This document shows positions 13,241-28,540 of a stretch of DNA of 64,000 nt, one piece after another. The notes under the pieces were generated by a model, which worked only from the letters and a program-made list of their open reading frames with translations, did not search any database and had not been told where the DNA came from. Numbering within the stretch: position 1 is the stretch's first letter; every line of letters starts with the position of its first letter. The DNA comes from the human T2T-CHM13v2.0 reference genome, Homo sapiens: assembly GCF_009914755.1 (NCBI RefSeq), contig NC_060928.1. One strand, 5' to 3'. The position numbers and the translations under genes are program-made.

Positions 13241-13517
13241 TTTTTTCTTTTGAGACAGAGTCTCACTGTTGTCCAGGCTGGAGTGCAGTGGTGGGACCAT
13301 AGCTCACTATAGCCTCAAACTCCTGGGGTTAGGAGATCCTCCTGCCTCAGCCTCCCAAGTAGCTGAGATTAGAGGTGTGTACCACCACACTTGGCTAAAT
13401 TTTGTACATTTTGTAGAAAAAAGGTCTCACTGTGTTTCCCAGGCTGGTCTTGAACTCCTGGCCTCAAGATATCCTCCTACCTCAGCCTCCCAAAGTTGTG
13501 AGCCACTGCACCCAGCC
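13241..13517 (-). mobile_element. AluJ
   Basis: Antisense dimer. Confidence 0.85.
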
Positions 13518-13579
13518 TAGTACCACATATTTTTATGTCTTTTCCATGTATTCTATATTCAGGAAATAATCTGGAAAAC

Positions 13580-13765
13580 ACACTGAATAGAGCCACAGAC
13601 TTGGCTTCAAATCCCAACAACTCGTCTGAGTAACATTGGCAGGTTGCTTTTCTATGAAATGAGAATCATTGTGCCTACCTATAAGTCAATTGGGATAATG
13701 GATGTAAAGTGCTTGCCACAGTGCCTGCTACATGGTATGTATTCAATAAATATCAGCTGCAATAT
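13580..13765. mobile_element. MIR
   Basis: ttcaaatccca...ctatgaaatgag...cacagtgcctg...ttcaataaatatcagct. Confidence 0.65.
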
Positions 13766-15405
13766 TGGTCTCATCATGCTTCCCCTAAATCCTTGCCACC
13801 CACCCCATTCTTCCCTGAAAAAACATAGATGATTAATACAAATTTAAACAGCGACCATCATAACTTTACTTTTTGTATTTGAATTTGCAACACCAGCTCA
13901 CAAAAGAGTCTATAGTCTTCCTCTGGCTCATTTAACTCTAATTTGGGTAAGATGACGCTGAGAGTATAGTGGTGCTATTCCCTGCCGGGCCAATCAACCC
14001 AGCTTCCCCCAGTTGTAGTTAACTTAATTGGGGATGATGCAACACTTAGGCTTTTTCTATGGACACACAGTTTTTAAAAATAAATACACAAAACATTATA
14101 ATTTCTATCCTGTAATTGCTATACTACACATTTAATAAACAACAGATAATTTAAAGCCAGTGTTATAGAAGCAATAATGGTCATATCTTATAAATGCATG
14201 AGTTGTCATCATTAAAAGCAACCCTACCTGTTACTAAGACTGAGCCCCTTATTTTTCCCATGAGCTGTCTGACACTGGAAGAGGTTAGTTGAGGAGTTAA
14301 CCAAAGGTACCAGGGTAGTTGAAAATAGAACCACCACCACAACCAAAAAACCCCAACACTCCTGATTCTCAGTTCGGAATGTTTTTCTCTCTATTCTGCC
14401 TTGTAAAAGAAACTGTCATCTCATTCATGGTGTTGTGGATGTCAAAAGCCCTTGGAGATTGCTTTAGTGTTTTATGTGGTCTTTCTCCTCCCACCAGTTT
14501 AATTTTCTGGTGAAGCCTTTTTCACTGATCAATGAACAAATATAATTGGACACTTACTATGTGCCAGACACTGTGCTAAACACTTTCCCCAAACTCTTCT
14601 TGTTATCTGCACAATAGTGTTATGACACAGAATTATTACCCTGATTCACGAAGAGTTGAGTTCTACAGTTTAGTGTCAAAGTTTTGCCTTATTGTACATC
14701 CACGACAGAGAATGTTGATTCCCAAATCTGGCTAATTATTTTGGGGTCTTAATAACTGAAATCTAAATTTGATCTTCAACAAACATGTTTTTCAAAATGT
14801 TATTTTTACACGATTGAAATTCTCCCATATGAAAAACTGATCATAGTTAGAAACTATTCCCTCTGTGGGCTATTGTAACTTCCCAGCCTGTGAGTGCAAA
14901 TGAACTGATTGTATCATTCAATCCTAATATTTTCCTAGTTTAGTATCTTTCCCACCCCTGTAACTATAAAAAATTAACCTCCTTTCAAATGTCTCCTCTC
15001 CTCCGTCCACCAGCTCAAGTCTCTGGAGGTCCCAGATGCCCACGCTTCCCTCTTTGCTCTCTTCGAGGCTGCTGCTCTGTAAGTTTTGACTTGGCTGCTG
15101 CTCAAACCTGTTTTATCAAGCCAGTGGAGCACTTCTCTACATTGGCCATTGGCCAAAGTGAAGTTCTGCTAATCTCTGATCCCCAGATCACTCAACTGCC
15201 ACTAGGCTTCTGGCTACTGTTCCATTCTGTGTATTGCCATTCTGACTTGGACTCCTTGGCTCAACGAGAAGGGAAACAAGTCCCTTCCACTATGAGATGC
15301 TTTCTTAGAGGGTCCCCAGAAGGTTTTCTTGGGCCCCCACAAAACAACACAATTTTGGGTGACAACTCTTTTAATTATTTAGCAAGCACACTACTGACTG
15401 GCTAG

Positions 15406-15729
<324 letters not shown>

Positions 15730-16102
15730 TAGGTACTTTTGATTTTAAAACTCCTCTACTCTGACCCCCAGGTCTTCTATTGAATCCAGGGCACCATGCC
15801 ATTCTTATTCTTTGCTCCTCGTGAATTCTTTCTACCACTTAGCAAAATGTACCTGTGGAAATTTTCTTTCATCAGCACCCTTCTCCCTCACTAACTCCCT
15901 ATTTTCTATCCCCTATCCAGTTTACCAAACATGTTTCGAGTTATTTTCCCTAGAAACTTCCAACTCCCTTTGAAAACACTGGATACAGTTAGCTGCCAAG
16001 AGGGAAGCAGAGAGGGAATGTTTCCCCAGTGCACAGCCAGAAACCAACCCTTCTTATCTTCCTGGGTAAATGCATTTTCATAGTGGAATAGAAATATTTA
16101 CA

Positions 16103-16412
16103 TTTATTTTTTATTTTATTTTATTTTTTTGAGACGGAGTCTCACTCTGTCGCCCAGGCTGGAGTGCAGTGGCGCGATCTCGGCTCACTGCAAACTCTGC
16201 CTCCCAGGGTTCACGCCATTCTCCTGCCTCAGCCTCCCGAGTAGCTGGGACTACCAGCACCCACCACCTTGCCTGGCTAATTTTTTGTATTTTTAGTAGA
16301 GACGGGGTTTCACTGTGTTAGCCAGGATGGTCTCAATCTCCTGACCTCATGATCCGCCCACCTCGGCCTCCCAAAGTGCTGGGATTACGGGCGTGAGCCA
16401 CTGCACCCCACC
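16103..16412 (-). mobile_element. AluY
   Basis: ttcacgccattctc, gttagccaggatggtctc diagnostics. Confidence 0.9.
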
Positions 16413-16927
16413 TTTAAATTTATTTTTTAAAAATACAATTGAATGTCATCTAGAATTACTATGTAGTCTTCCATAAGCTCTTCTACAGTTCCTCCTTAGA
16501 ACCAATGTCTGAAGTTGAGTGTCTCCTCTTCACCCAGCTTCCTGAGACTAAGCACAATTTACAGCAGGCTACAATCCAGGATTAGTTTCAGTGTCATACT
16601 TTTGATGTTAAAAGAGAAGACATAAGCTCTTAATATTTGCCATTCATTTGCCATGCCATAAAATGAACATTCAAATACGTGACTATTGATCCCCAAAGAG
16701 AGTCTTATAATTATAACATAAAAACAGCTCTTACCTTTTACCTGAAATGGATTATAACCAGGCTTATGAGCATTTGGGCCAGGATTAAGAAAATACTCCA
16801 CTTTGAAAATTTTCGTTTTTTAGCAAATTCAGCAGTATTTCAATGAGAAAATTACTTTTCTTGTTGTATATTTTATCAAGATTTTTAAACTTAATCATTT
16901 TATTTAAACTCTAGTATAACATTTTTA

Positions 16928-17250
<323 letters not shown>

Positions 17251-17569
17251 TTAAAAAAAAATCAAGTCAAAAGGCCCTGTATTAAGGAGAAATAATGTCG
17301 TGGTGGAGAATGAATTTGGGAGCTTTGGAACTGGGGGAAAAACAGCAAGATAGACAAGAAGAGTGTGGGAAAAATGGGGGTAGGTGGAGAGGGACACACA
17401 GCCCTTGGAAGGGGAGTTCGTGAGGGTTTTTCTGTGCTCCAGTCATCCAGGAGGAAAAGCCTAATTTTAATTTTATTTGTTACCTCCAATATAACATTTT
17501 TCAAGGTGACGAATGGGACAAGGGTGGCACAAGGCATTTTCTTTAGTGTGTTAAAGTCATAGCTGAGCT

Positions 17570-17871
17570 GGCTGGGCACGATGGCTCACGCCTGTGATCC
17601 CAGCACTTTGGGAGGCCAAGGTGGACGGATCACCTGAGGTCAGGAGTTTGAGACCAGCCTAGCCAACATGGTGAAACCCCATCTCTACTAGAAATACAAA
17701 AATTGGTCAGTGTGATGGCGGCTGCCTGTAGTCCCAGCTACTCAGGAGGCTGAGGCAGGAGAATCACTTGAACCCAGGAGGTGGCAGTCGCAGTGAGCCG
17801 AGATTATACCACTGCACTCTAGCCTGGGCAACAGAGTGAGACTCTGTCTCAAAAAAGAAAAAAAAAAAAAG
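17570..17871 (+). mobile_element. AluSx-like
   Basis: TSD aagt(c/t)atagctgagc. Confidence 0.9.
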
Positions 17872-18431
17872 AAGTTATAGCTGAGCCCAGAAGTCTGGAA
17901 AGTTGAGGATTTCAGATGTAGATACATCTCATACAAAAACATATTGTAATAATCCAAATAAAATGGTAGGCCAAAGATAAAAATATTCCAGATAAAATAT
18001 TTGAAAATAATTTGTCTAATTACTATAAAAAGTTTAATTACTCAAGGATTTGATTATTTAATCAAGATTTTTAATCTCAACTTTATAAAATGTATAAAAG
18101 CTAAGGTATTTTTGAGATGATGAAGTCATAGATACATTATTTATTTTGGATAACTCACTTTCTTAATATAAGTTGAAAAAATTGTTCTCATAACAGCTAA
18201 CACTAAAGTTTCACTTAGGTTGAAACCTTTCTTTATTATTTTTAGGCCATTGAAAGTGAAGGAGAAGAAATCCATAGGGCATAGCCTAAAAGGGCCAGCC
18301 TAAAGGAGACAGTTTTAAACTTCTGCACAAAAGAAGTAAAAGGAATGTGGGGGTGGGAATAGCTATGAGAGAGAAAGGGTGAGAGAAGGCAGCCTGAAGA
18401 AGCTGGAAGGCTGAAACTGAACAACACTGGG

Positions 18432-19260
18432 GTGTTCATTATCTGTTGCTACATAACAAATTACTCTAAAATTTAGTGGCTTAAAACAACAAATATTTAC
18501 CATTTCACAGTTTTTGTGGGTCAGGAATCTGGGCACTGCTTAGCGAGGTGCCTCTGGCTCAAGATCTCTCGTAAGATTGCAGGCAAGCCGTCAGTTGGGG
18601 CTGAGGTTTTATGTGAAGACTCAAGAGGGAAGATCTGATTCCAGGCTCTCTCACATGGTTGTTGGCAGGATTTGGTTCCTTGGAGGGGTATTGGAGTGCA
18701 CTGTGTGCCTCTCCATAGAGCAGTTCAAAACATGGCAGCTGAGGCCGGGCACGGTGGCTCCTGCCTGTAATCCCAGCCCTTTGGAAAGCCGAGGTGGGCA
18801 AATCACTTGAGCTCAGAAGTTCGAGACCAGCCTTGGCAACATGGCGAAACTCTGTCTGCAAAAATTAGCCAGGTGTCATGGTGTGTGCCAGCTACTTGGG
18901 AGGCTGAGGCAGGATGATCACTTGAACTCAGGAAGTCGAGGCTGCAATGAGAGTGACTGAGCCACTGCACTCCAGCCTGGGTGACAGAGTGAGACCCTGT
19001 CTCAAGAAAAAAAAAAAAAAAGGGCAGCCGGCTTCCTTCAGATGGAGAAAATGAGAGAGGGCACCTGAGACAGAAGCCACGGTTATTTTGTAACCTAATC
19101 TTACAGGTGCCATTTCATCACCTCTGCCCCATCGTGTTTGCTAGAAACAAGTTCACAAAACCCAGCTCACATTGAAGGGGAGGGCATTACAAAGGGCATG
19201 AACAACAGGAGGTAGGGATACAGGTTACAGGTAGCCAGTGAGAAGTCCTCAGCAGCACTG
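18432..19260 (-). mobile_element. MLT1F-like MaLR LTR, split by an Alu
   Basis: tgttgctacataacaaattactctaaaatttagtggcttaaaacaaca, tgggtcaggaatctgggc. Confidence 0.75.
18743..19021 (+). mobile_element. AluJ
   Basis: Dimer nested in MLT1. Confidence 0.88.
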
Positions 19261-19287
19261 GGAGTATTTTAAGAGCAAGAATGTTAA

Positions 19288-19662
<375 letters not shown>

Positions 19663-21507
19663 TAGTGCTGCTTCAGCCTGTTAAGCATCAAAGCTGACTC
19701 TATACAACCCATCACATGGTGGAAGAATGATCGATCCATAAGAGGTGTGGTAAGGCGGGGTTGATGGACAGAGAGTTGGAAGTTATCCAGACTTTGACCT
19801 TTGGTTGCCTCATTCTTTCATTCCTGTATTCTTTGAGGCCTTTTAGAGCACTCCACTTCAGTGACCATGACTTGATCAGTTTTGTTAGACCACTTATGCT
19901 CTGGAACCTAGCATTTAGAAAAGTTAAAAATATTATTTGTGTTTTTCAAAAAAATCTAATCTTGTGCATTTTATAGTTTTTAAAAAAATTATAAAAAGTA
20001 GATTTTTATACACAAACTGAATAATCAACTTCTAAATAAATTTGCTCCAAAAAGTTACTTAATCCTAACAGAAAAGGAAAACCCCATACATATATACATT
20101 TATTTGTGTCTGAAACCATATACTCATCTATTTAAGCAAGACTTTTCTTGATTAATTTTGTATTTAAAAAATTTCCTGATTCTTTATATTTTCTCTGATT
20201 TTAAGGGCAAAATTTATGCTAGATTTTAAATTAGAAACATTCTTCTCATTCCTGCCTTGTTCCATTGATTGATTAAATTTTTTTTTATCTCCTAGTGCTT
20301 ATCATACATGCTTAGAAAACACAGGGTTTCCATCAGTCATCTATCTTGGTTGCTTTATCTGTTGAGTCACAGTCACATTGCCACAGATTCTTGGTAATCT
20401 GAAAAATACCAAGATGCTCTTAGATAACTGAAAACCCCAGCGAAGTAGTATTTCCTGCGCTGTACCAAACAAGCTCTGCAGAAAAGTAACTAGGCTGGAG
20501 CCAGTAGTTGACAGTGAGGTTGCCCAATCCCAGTTCTATGGAGAGCCCTGCCTCTGGGTCTACACAGCACAATGGAAGAAAGACAAAGAGAATGGCCTGC
20601 CCCACTACCTGCTCCTCAGTGGCCTGAGATTCTGTATAATCTGAAATAAATCTAAATGAATAAGAAGACGGGGTTTCAAATATGTGAACCATGATATGAT
20701 AGCATGTAACAGAATGGCATGTAATAGAGAAAGCACAAAGAGGGAAAATAAAAGAGCTCCTGCTCCCAGTCTTTAGAGATGAGGATGCTTACCGCGTGCT
20801 GGTGTGCTTACCTTCCTTCAGAGATGATTGTTCATGCTTTTAGCGATGTTTTGCAGTCTGTAAAGGTACTGTTTTGCCTTTTTGCCTTTCTCTAGGCCAC
20901 CTGAACTCGCTTAAGTAATCATACCTCCTCCAAAGCATGGTATTTGAGAACAGACCTGGCCTCTGTTTCAGAAGGACATAATTGACCGTTTTGTGTAAGC
21001 ACAAAAGGGGGTGGGGTAGGAGAGCTTTCCCGAGCCTGTGCTATCTCCTGTTGAAGCCCATTTGTTAGCCTCGTAGGCAGGGCGCGCTGGAATGCCTGGC
21101 AAGTGCAAGTACAGTGAAATGCCGTCATTGTGCTGCTCTCACGGCGCATGTTTTCCCACGTACAACATTCAAAATGTTCAGTTCCCTGGAAAATGTTCTA
21201 AAGAAGTTGCACTGTATTAGGCTTTGTCTTCTCGTCTTTCACAAAGGCAGACAGCCCTCTGTTGAGAACAGCCTTTCCATAGGCATTTCTCTTGGCTCAG
21301 AGCCACATGGACGTAACCTAGAGCCACCGAGCCACAAGAAAATCTTGGACCAGAAGCAGGGGGAGGGGACGCTTTGCACGGTTTTTCCTCCCACATTCAA
21401 TATACACAAGGATCCCGAATTGAAAATGCCTATCAGTTTGCAAAGGATGATATTGTCAAAGAAATTTGTTTACAATGATAACTAATAATTTTTTCTCTCC
21501 CCTTCCA

Positions 21508-21645
21508 CTTTTTTTTTTTTTTTTTTTTTTTGAGAGAGTGTCCCTATGTTGCCCAGGTTGGACTCTAACTTCTAGGCTCAAGTGATCCTCCTGCCTCAGC
21601 CTCCAGACTTAGCTGGCATTACAGATATGCGACGCCATCCTAGGC
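21508..21645 (-). mobile_element. FLAM (Alu monomer)
   Basis: Single monomer with T24-like tail. Confidence 0.8.
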
Positions 21646-22222
21646 TTAATAATTATTATTTTTTAAAACCTGAGATAATTTACTAAATGATATAAAGTTA
21701 AAATTTTTTTTGAATCGGAGTATAAAACGTGGGCTTTTAGTTGACATAATGTAATTTGAATGACTTAAAATATAGATGTCAAATGTTAAGGTTATGTCAG
21801 GTGCATTTATTATATTTATTAAATATTACCAATTCTGATTTTCATAGAAAGAAAATAAAAGAATTCTCTATTGTAAATTGACAAAAAGATGGCAGGGATT
21901 TCTGAGAAAACACTGTCGAGAAAGATAAAGCAACGTCAGTTTGTGACATTTCAGTGGATTCTATCTTCAACACAGATTAGCTTATTATTTTTATTTAAGT
22001 AAACAAGAAGGTCCAGCTGGACCAAGTAAGCTCTCGTATTTTTCTGTTCTTTCGCTGCACACAAGTCTAAGAATTGTTAAGAATTGTTTTACTGGTTTCC
22101 TAAAAGCACCACAATAGCTTTGAAAATGGTTGAGAAGATGTAAGAAAATAGTCTGAAACATATAGATGAGATCAAGATTCGCAAAGATTGATTAAGGGAT
22201 AGAATGCAAACCAAGTGATTTT

Positions 22223-22390
22223 TTTAAAAAATTCTTATTGATACATAATAGTAGTATATATTTTTGGGGTGCTTCTTTTGATATACGCAGACAACGTGTA
22301 ATGATCAAATCAGGGCATTTAGGATATCCCTCACCTCAAACACTTGTCATTTCTTGGAAATATTCCAAAGCTTCTCTTCTAGCTATTTTG
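22223..22390 (-). mobile_element. Very short L1MA 3' end insertion
   Basis: gtgtaatgatcaaatcaggg...cacctcaaacactt; TSD gcaaa(c/t)caagtgatttt 22206-22222/22391-22407. Confidence 0.8.
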
Positions 22391-23297
22391 GCAAATCAAG
22401 TGATTTTAAATACAATCACTTGTTTGATTTCAGCTTAGGATTTTCCATCAACTTTTCTTAAAGGTATTTATTCTTTAGAATGTTCTGAATTTTTATGATT
22501 CGTTAAGAATATTGATCACCTGTTCTCAATTTTTTTATACAAGGTTAGAATCCACTTAAAAATGAATTAAAACCCATATGATTTTTGTGTCTGTCTGGAA
22601 AATAGGGTTCGACTTCCACAGATGTCATAGAGAGCTCAAATATATACTGCATTACATCACTGATATTGTAGCTGTCACAGAAGAGAGAAAAAAATTTGGT
22701 ACTGGAGATGTCTTGGTAGAAAATGAGCCTTAAAGCTTCTTGATAGATATAAGGCAATCTCTTGATAACATGTCAAGTAACTTAGACGTTACTTTTAAAA
22801 ATGTGCATTGCTAAAAGGTGCCCGTTAGTGTCAACACATATTCTCTGGCCCTGGGCTGCTCTTTTTGACCCTGCAGGGGAAGCCATGAAAATAAAGTGAA
22901 TGCTGGCATTAATCAAACCAGTCTTTATTTTGACAGCATTTGGAATTCATTCTTCTCACTGGGTGGTACTGCCACCACTGTATTTTTTTTTTTTTTTTTT
23001 GAAATGTGCTTCCTGATAACTACTGTCAGGCTTGAGAAGTGGACAGGTGTGACTCCCTAACTTGAGGACAGGCCTGCTGTATTGAAAGGGAAAAGAATGG
23101 AAAGGGAGGTGTGATAGCATTTTTAATAAATATGTCTGCAATTCATGATAGTGTGAGTATAATATAAAAAGAAGGGAGGGGGAAGAAAGGGGGATGGGTT
23201 AGGAGTAAGGATCACCATATCCAGTAACAGCCCAGACTCAGAGAGCCTTAAGATTGGATAAATGTAAACAGCATTTTATTGTTTAAAATGTTAAGAT

Positions 23298-23585
23298 AGC
23301 CAGGCATGATGGCTCACATGTGTAATCCCAGCACTTTATGAGGCTGAAGCAGGAGGATTGCTTGAACCCAGGAGTTCGAGACCAGCCTGGGCAACATGGC
23401 TAAACCCCATCTCTACAAAACATAAAAAATTAGCCATGGTGTGTGCCTGTAGTCACAAGCTACCCAGGAGGCTGAGGTGAGTGGATCACTTGAACCCAGG
23501 AGTTCAAGGCTGCAGTGAGTTATGATTATAACACTACATGCTAACTTGGGTGACAGAGCAAGAACTCATCCGTTAAAAAAAAAAA
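23298..23585 (+). mobile_element. AluJ
   Basis: Dimer. Confidence 0.85.
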
Positions 23586-23603
23586 GCTATAAAAAAAAAT
23601 CTT

Positions 23604-23905
<302 letters not shown>

Positions 23906-24924
23906 TTAAAGATGTTTCCAAAAAAGTGCTATTCTTTGCATTTTCTTACAGAAACATAAAAGCAAAGTGGCTGTATAACAGAGTAACCAGAGTTTTGGTA
24001 AATGTGGTTTGAATTATGTTCAGATGAATGCAAAGTGATATGTTTTCTGGAAAAGGTATCTAGCACATAGCTTTTTTATTGCTTGAAACTGCTTAAGATT
24101 TCACATGGGCTTTTGGGGGGAGCTTCGTCCTTCTTGAAGATCTAATACCACCAGACTGTAAACTGCTCAGAAGAAAGGATTACACCCACCATTTCCCATG
24201 CCTCTCCCCACAGTGCCTGGTACTTTGTACACAATAGAAACTAAGAAATATTGTGTCTGAATTACTAAAGCGTCACATTCAAAGCACTTTCATTACCAAA
24301 TGCAAAGCAGAGACCATTTATACTATGGTTATTTCCAAAATCTCTTGCTGCTAATTAATGAACTCTTATCTGTCATGAGATGTAACATCTATTTAGAATG
24401 ATGGAAATAGAATTTCTCTCTTTCATTCTTTTGTCATTCTCATTCTACCATTCATTTATTTCTTCAATAGCAAACACATTTGCTTTTTATTTATTACTCA
24501 GGTTTTTGCTCCTAGCATAGTGAAACTGTCTGCAATGTCAGAAGAGATGTGTTAAGCTCTGGTACCCAGCTGCGTGCTGAAATATAGTAAACGACTGGCA
24601 TTCTTATCGCAGTTTCTGTGGCCTATTACTCTTTGTTTCATTACTGTTTAATATTTACTAAGAGTGCTGTCAGCTCCTGCGCTTTCATTTCCTCTCCTTC
24701 ACAGGCATCTCCCCCTCCTTCCTTGCTCTTCCTTGCCCTGCCCCCACACCCTCCAGCTACCTACTATCAAGCTCACTGGAATTCTGGATGCTAAAAAAAA
24801 AACAAAAACAAAAACCAAATTTCCCTTGCCATCTTTCATTTGCAAGATTCCCCCCAGAAAGTGCAAATGATTCGGATGGAGGGAAGCAGACAAAAGAGAT
24901 GAGTTCTCCAGGCCAAGTACATAG

Positions 24925-25146
24925 AGCTAAAGCAGACGTCTCACACTGACGGCCAGTGTACCTAGTTCGCACAATGTTTTGATTTCTATTTTTTCCAGAT
25001 GAACCAATATCAAAATATCAGGCCTTGTGTGCTAATAGAAATGTCCAAATTCTCTTAAAAAATTGGAAGACCTGGACCTACATTCCTGCATGGTAACAAT
25101 CAGCTACAGCAGAGTGTCCCATGCTCCATGAGTTAAGTAGACCCTG
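24925..25146. mobile_element. MER102-like hAT-Charlie fragment
   Basis: ggaagacctgg...acattcctgcatggtaacaatcagct. Confidence 0.5.
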
Positions 25147-25355
25147 AAAACAACAACAACAACAACAACAACAACCAGCAACCAACAACCAACACAACCC
25201 CTGCACACGGTAAAAAAGATTTATCTGCTCAGATGCCACAAACTCTGCAACTAGCCAGTTGTGCAGGGTAAAGCCGACTGAAACAGTGAGAAGTTTTGTG
25301 GTTGGAACTTGATTCCCCTGAGGCTCCATCTTCTCTTCCGTAGATGGGGTAGTGA

Positions 25356-26035
<680 letters not shown>

Positions 26036-26490
26036 GACTATTATTTTTTAAAATATGATTTGAGTGACAGTATCGACTACATGGCTGCTAGTTTTTCTGG
26101 GTTCATTCTTTTGGGTTAAATGGTATCTACTTGATGCTCCCCCTTTTAAAATACAAGCATACACGGATGGGTAATATATTGAGTTACAAATGCACCTAGG
26201 TTGAGTTACACCTAGGAGAATACAAGGATGGCTGTGGGCCGGTAGGGTCCCCTAGCCATGAACCCCACACCTCACATTCTTAGTTTCCCCTAGCCCGTGC
26301 CTTCCTATTTTAGGTCTCTTCCAGGATCTTTTGGTGCCTTCTGAAAACTCAATGTGTGTTTTGTTTCTGAGTTCCTTTCTACCACCCCATCATTTTAAGT
26401 CATTCCTGGGAGATATGGACCTTACTAGTCCATTCTGTAGGAGCCATTCTAAGCAGACTGAATCCATGGGTGGTATAAGGTTGGCAGAGA

Positions 26491-26567
26491 TTTCCCTTCC
26501 TTCTTTTCTTCCTCCCTCCCTCCTTCCTTCCTCTTCTTTCTTTCCTCTTCTTTTTCTTTCTTTCCTT
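26491..26567. repeat. Polypyrimidine (CCTT/CTTT) low-complexity tract
   Basis: Directly visible. Confidence 0.85.
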
Positions 26568-26586
26568 CAATTAGAAACAAATCCAA

Positions 26587-26735
26587 GACTGAGCACAGTG
26601 GTTCATACCTGTAATCTCAGCACTTTGGGAGGCTGAGGTGGGAGGATTGCTTGAACCCAAGAATAAACCAGGCTGGGCAACATAGTGAAACTTGTCTCAA
26701 AAAAAAAAAAAGAGAGAAAGAGAAAGAAAAGAAAA
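26587..26735 (+). mobile_element. FLAM
   Basis: Monomer with A-tail. Confidence 0.8.
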
Positions 26736-26761
26736 TAAACAAATCCAGATTTCAGCAATTC

Positions 26762-27075
26762 ATTTTTTAAAGAGATGGAATCTTGTTTTTTTGCCCAGGC
26801 TGGAGTATAGTGGTGCAATCGTCACTCACTGCAGTCTCCTAATGCCTGGACTCAAGCAGTCTTCCTGCTTCACCTCCTCAGCCTCTGAATAGCTGGGACT
26901 ACAGGTGCATGCCATTACACCTGGTTAATTTTTTTTTATTTTTGTAGAGACAGGGTCTCACTATGTTGCCCAGACTGTTCTTGAACTCCTGTCCTCAGGT
27001 GAACCTCCCGCCTTGACCTCCCAAAGTGTTGGGATTACAAAGTGTTGGGTGGTTGTGAACCACGGTGCCCAGACT
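26762..27075 (-). mobile_element. AluJ
   Basis: TSD atttcagcaatt. Confidence 0.85.
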
Positions 27076-28200
27076 ATTTCAGCAATTTTTTTCCAATTAG
27101 TTTATCATTATTCCAGCTCAAGTCTTTCCTTAAAAATCATATCATAATGACCTCCCCTCCTCCATCTTGCATGGATGCAGGAAATGTAGCCCTAACTCCT
27201 AGGATTTCTGAGAAGCCAGGGATCATGTTGACAAGTTCCACAAGCCCATTTTGGCTGCCACTGTCCCCTCTCACTCCCCACCACACTGGAAGCCTTTTCC
27301 TCCATCACCTCTCGTGCTCACACCTCTCCCCAGTCCACTTTCCTCCAGAGCACAGACACGTGCTTCCCTCCTATCCCTCAGTGCACTGCTAACAGAAAGC
27401 CATTGTCTTTAACATTCTTCACTGGATGGTGGGCGCTACACACAAAATGGAAAACAACTTGAGACTTCAGTTTTTAAAACTTTGCTCCTGAGGACAGTGG
27501 CCATCCCCTTTCCAGACCTTCTCCTGCTTGCCTCTGTCCTCCACCAGCTCAGCTGCTCAATGCACTATCTTTCATGGTCTTCCTCCCCAACCCCTCCCAC
27601 CCTGCCCCTTGCCACTCACATAGAAAATGCTTCAAACCATAATAATCTCTGCAGCATGTGCTCTGCTCCCACTGGAGTCAGCATTTTTAATCATTAAAGA
27701 CAATATCGAGCACCCCAGGCTGAAGCAGCTGTATTTAACTTATTCCCCCCATCTGAGGCTTCTGCAAGGAAGTCTGCATGACTTATAACTAGAAAGCCTT
27801 ATCAAGGCCCCCTGCCTGTCCTAAAGACGTCCTTTAAAGCCATCAGAAATATTGGAGGCTGGTGTCAAAGCTTTTGGATGCTTTTCTATTTCTGGAGAGA
27901 TCTCAAGGCTTCCTTAGACCTCCTTAATAAGAGCAGGTTATAAGGAACTACCTGAAGAATTCAGTGACAGGAAAAGCATGTATTGAACCTCTACTGTCTA
28001 TGTATCTGTGGCGCTGCCTGGAGAGACATAGGGTGCTCTATAAGTGTTTGAGGACACCACCTGACTCTTTTCTTTTCTTCTGTGTTTTGAGAATTTACAA
28101 ATGTCATGGGAAACTGAACCATATGAGCAAAACTCAGCATGCAGAAGCTTTAGCATTTGTAGTCTCTGTTGCCACAAGAACTTTTAAAAAATGAAAAACA

Positions 28201-28540
28201 GGCCGGGTGCAGTGGCTCACCCCTGTATTCCCAGCACTTTGGGAGGCCAAGGCAAAGCAGGCAGATTGCTTGAGTTCAAGAGTTTGAGACCAGCCTGGGC
28301 AACCGGGCAAAACCGCATCTCTCCAAAAAAAATACGAAAATTAGCTGGGCGTGGTGGTGTGTGCCTGTAGTCCCAGCTAATTGAGGAGCTGAGGCTGGAG
28401 GATCACTTGAGCCCAGGAAGTTGAAGCTGCAGTGAGACAAGATTATGCCACTGCACTCCAGCCTGGGTGACAGAGTAAGACCCTGTCTCAAAAATAAATA
28501 AATAAATAAATAAACAAATATAAAAAACGAAAAACAAAAA
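28201..28540 (+). mobile_element. AluJ
   Basis: TSD aaaaa(t/c)gaaaaaca. Confidence 0.88.

Noticed and set aside
16729-16810. Minus-strand tandem donors CAG|gtaaaag|gtaaga
   Set aside because: No convincing acceptor or promoter upstream; weaker than the three candidates reported
20919-21485. 76-aa (-) and 123-aa (+) ORFs over the CpG-rich block
   Set aside because: No recognisable homology; ORF length is explained by locally higher GC
23952-23997. Plus-strand 46-nt exon-like segment (ttttcttacag|...TTG|gtaaat)
   Set aside because: Isolated, mediocre donor, no recognisable peptide and no + strand gene evidence
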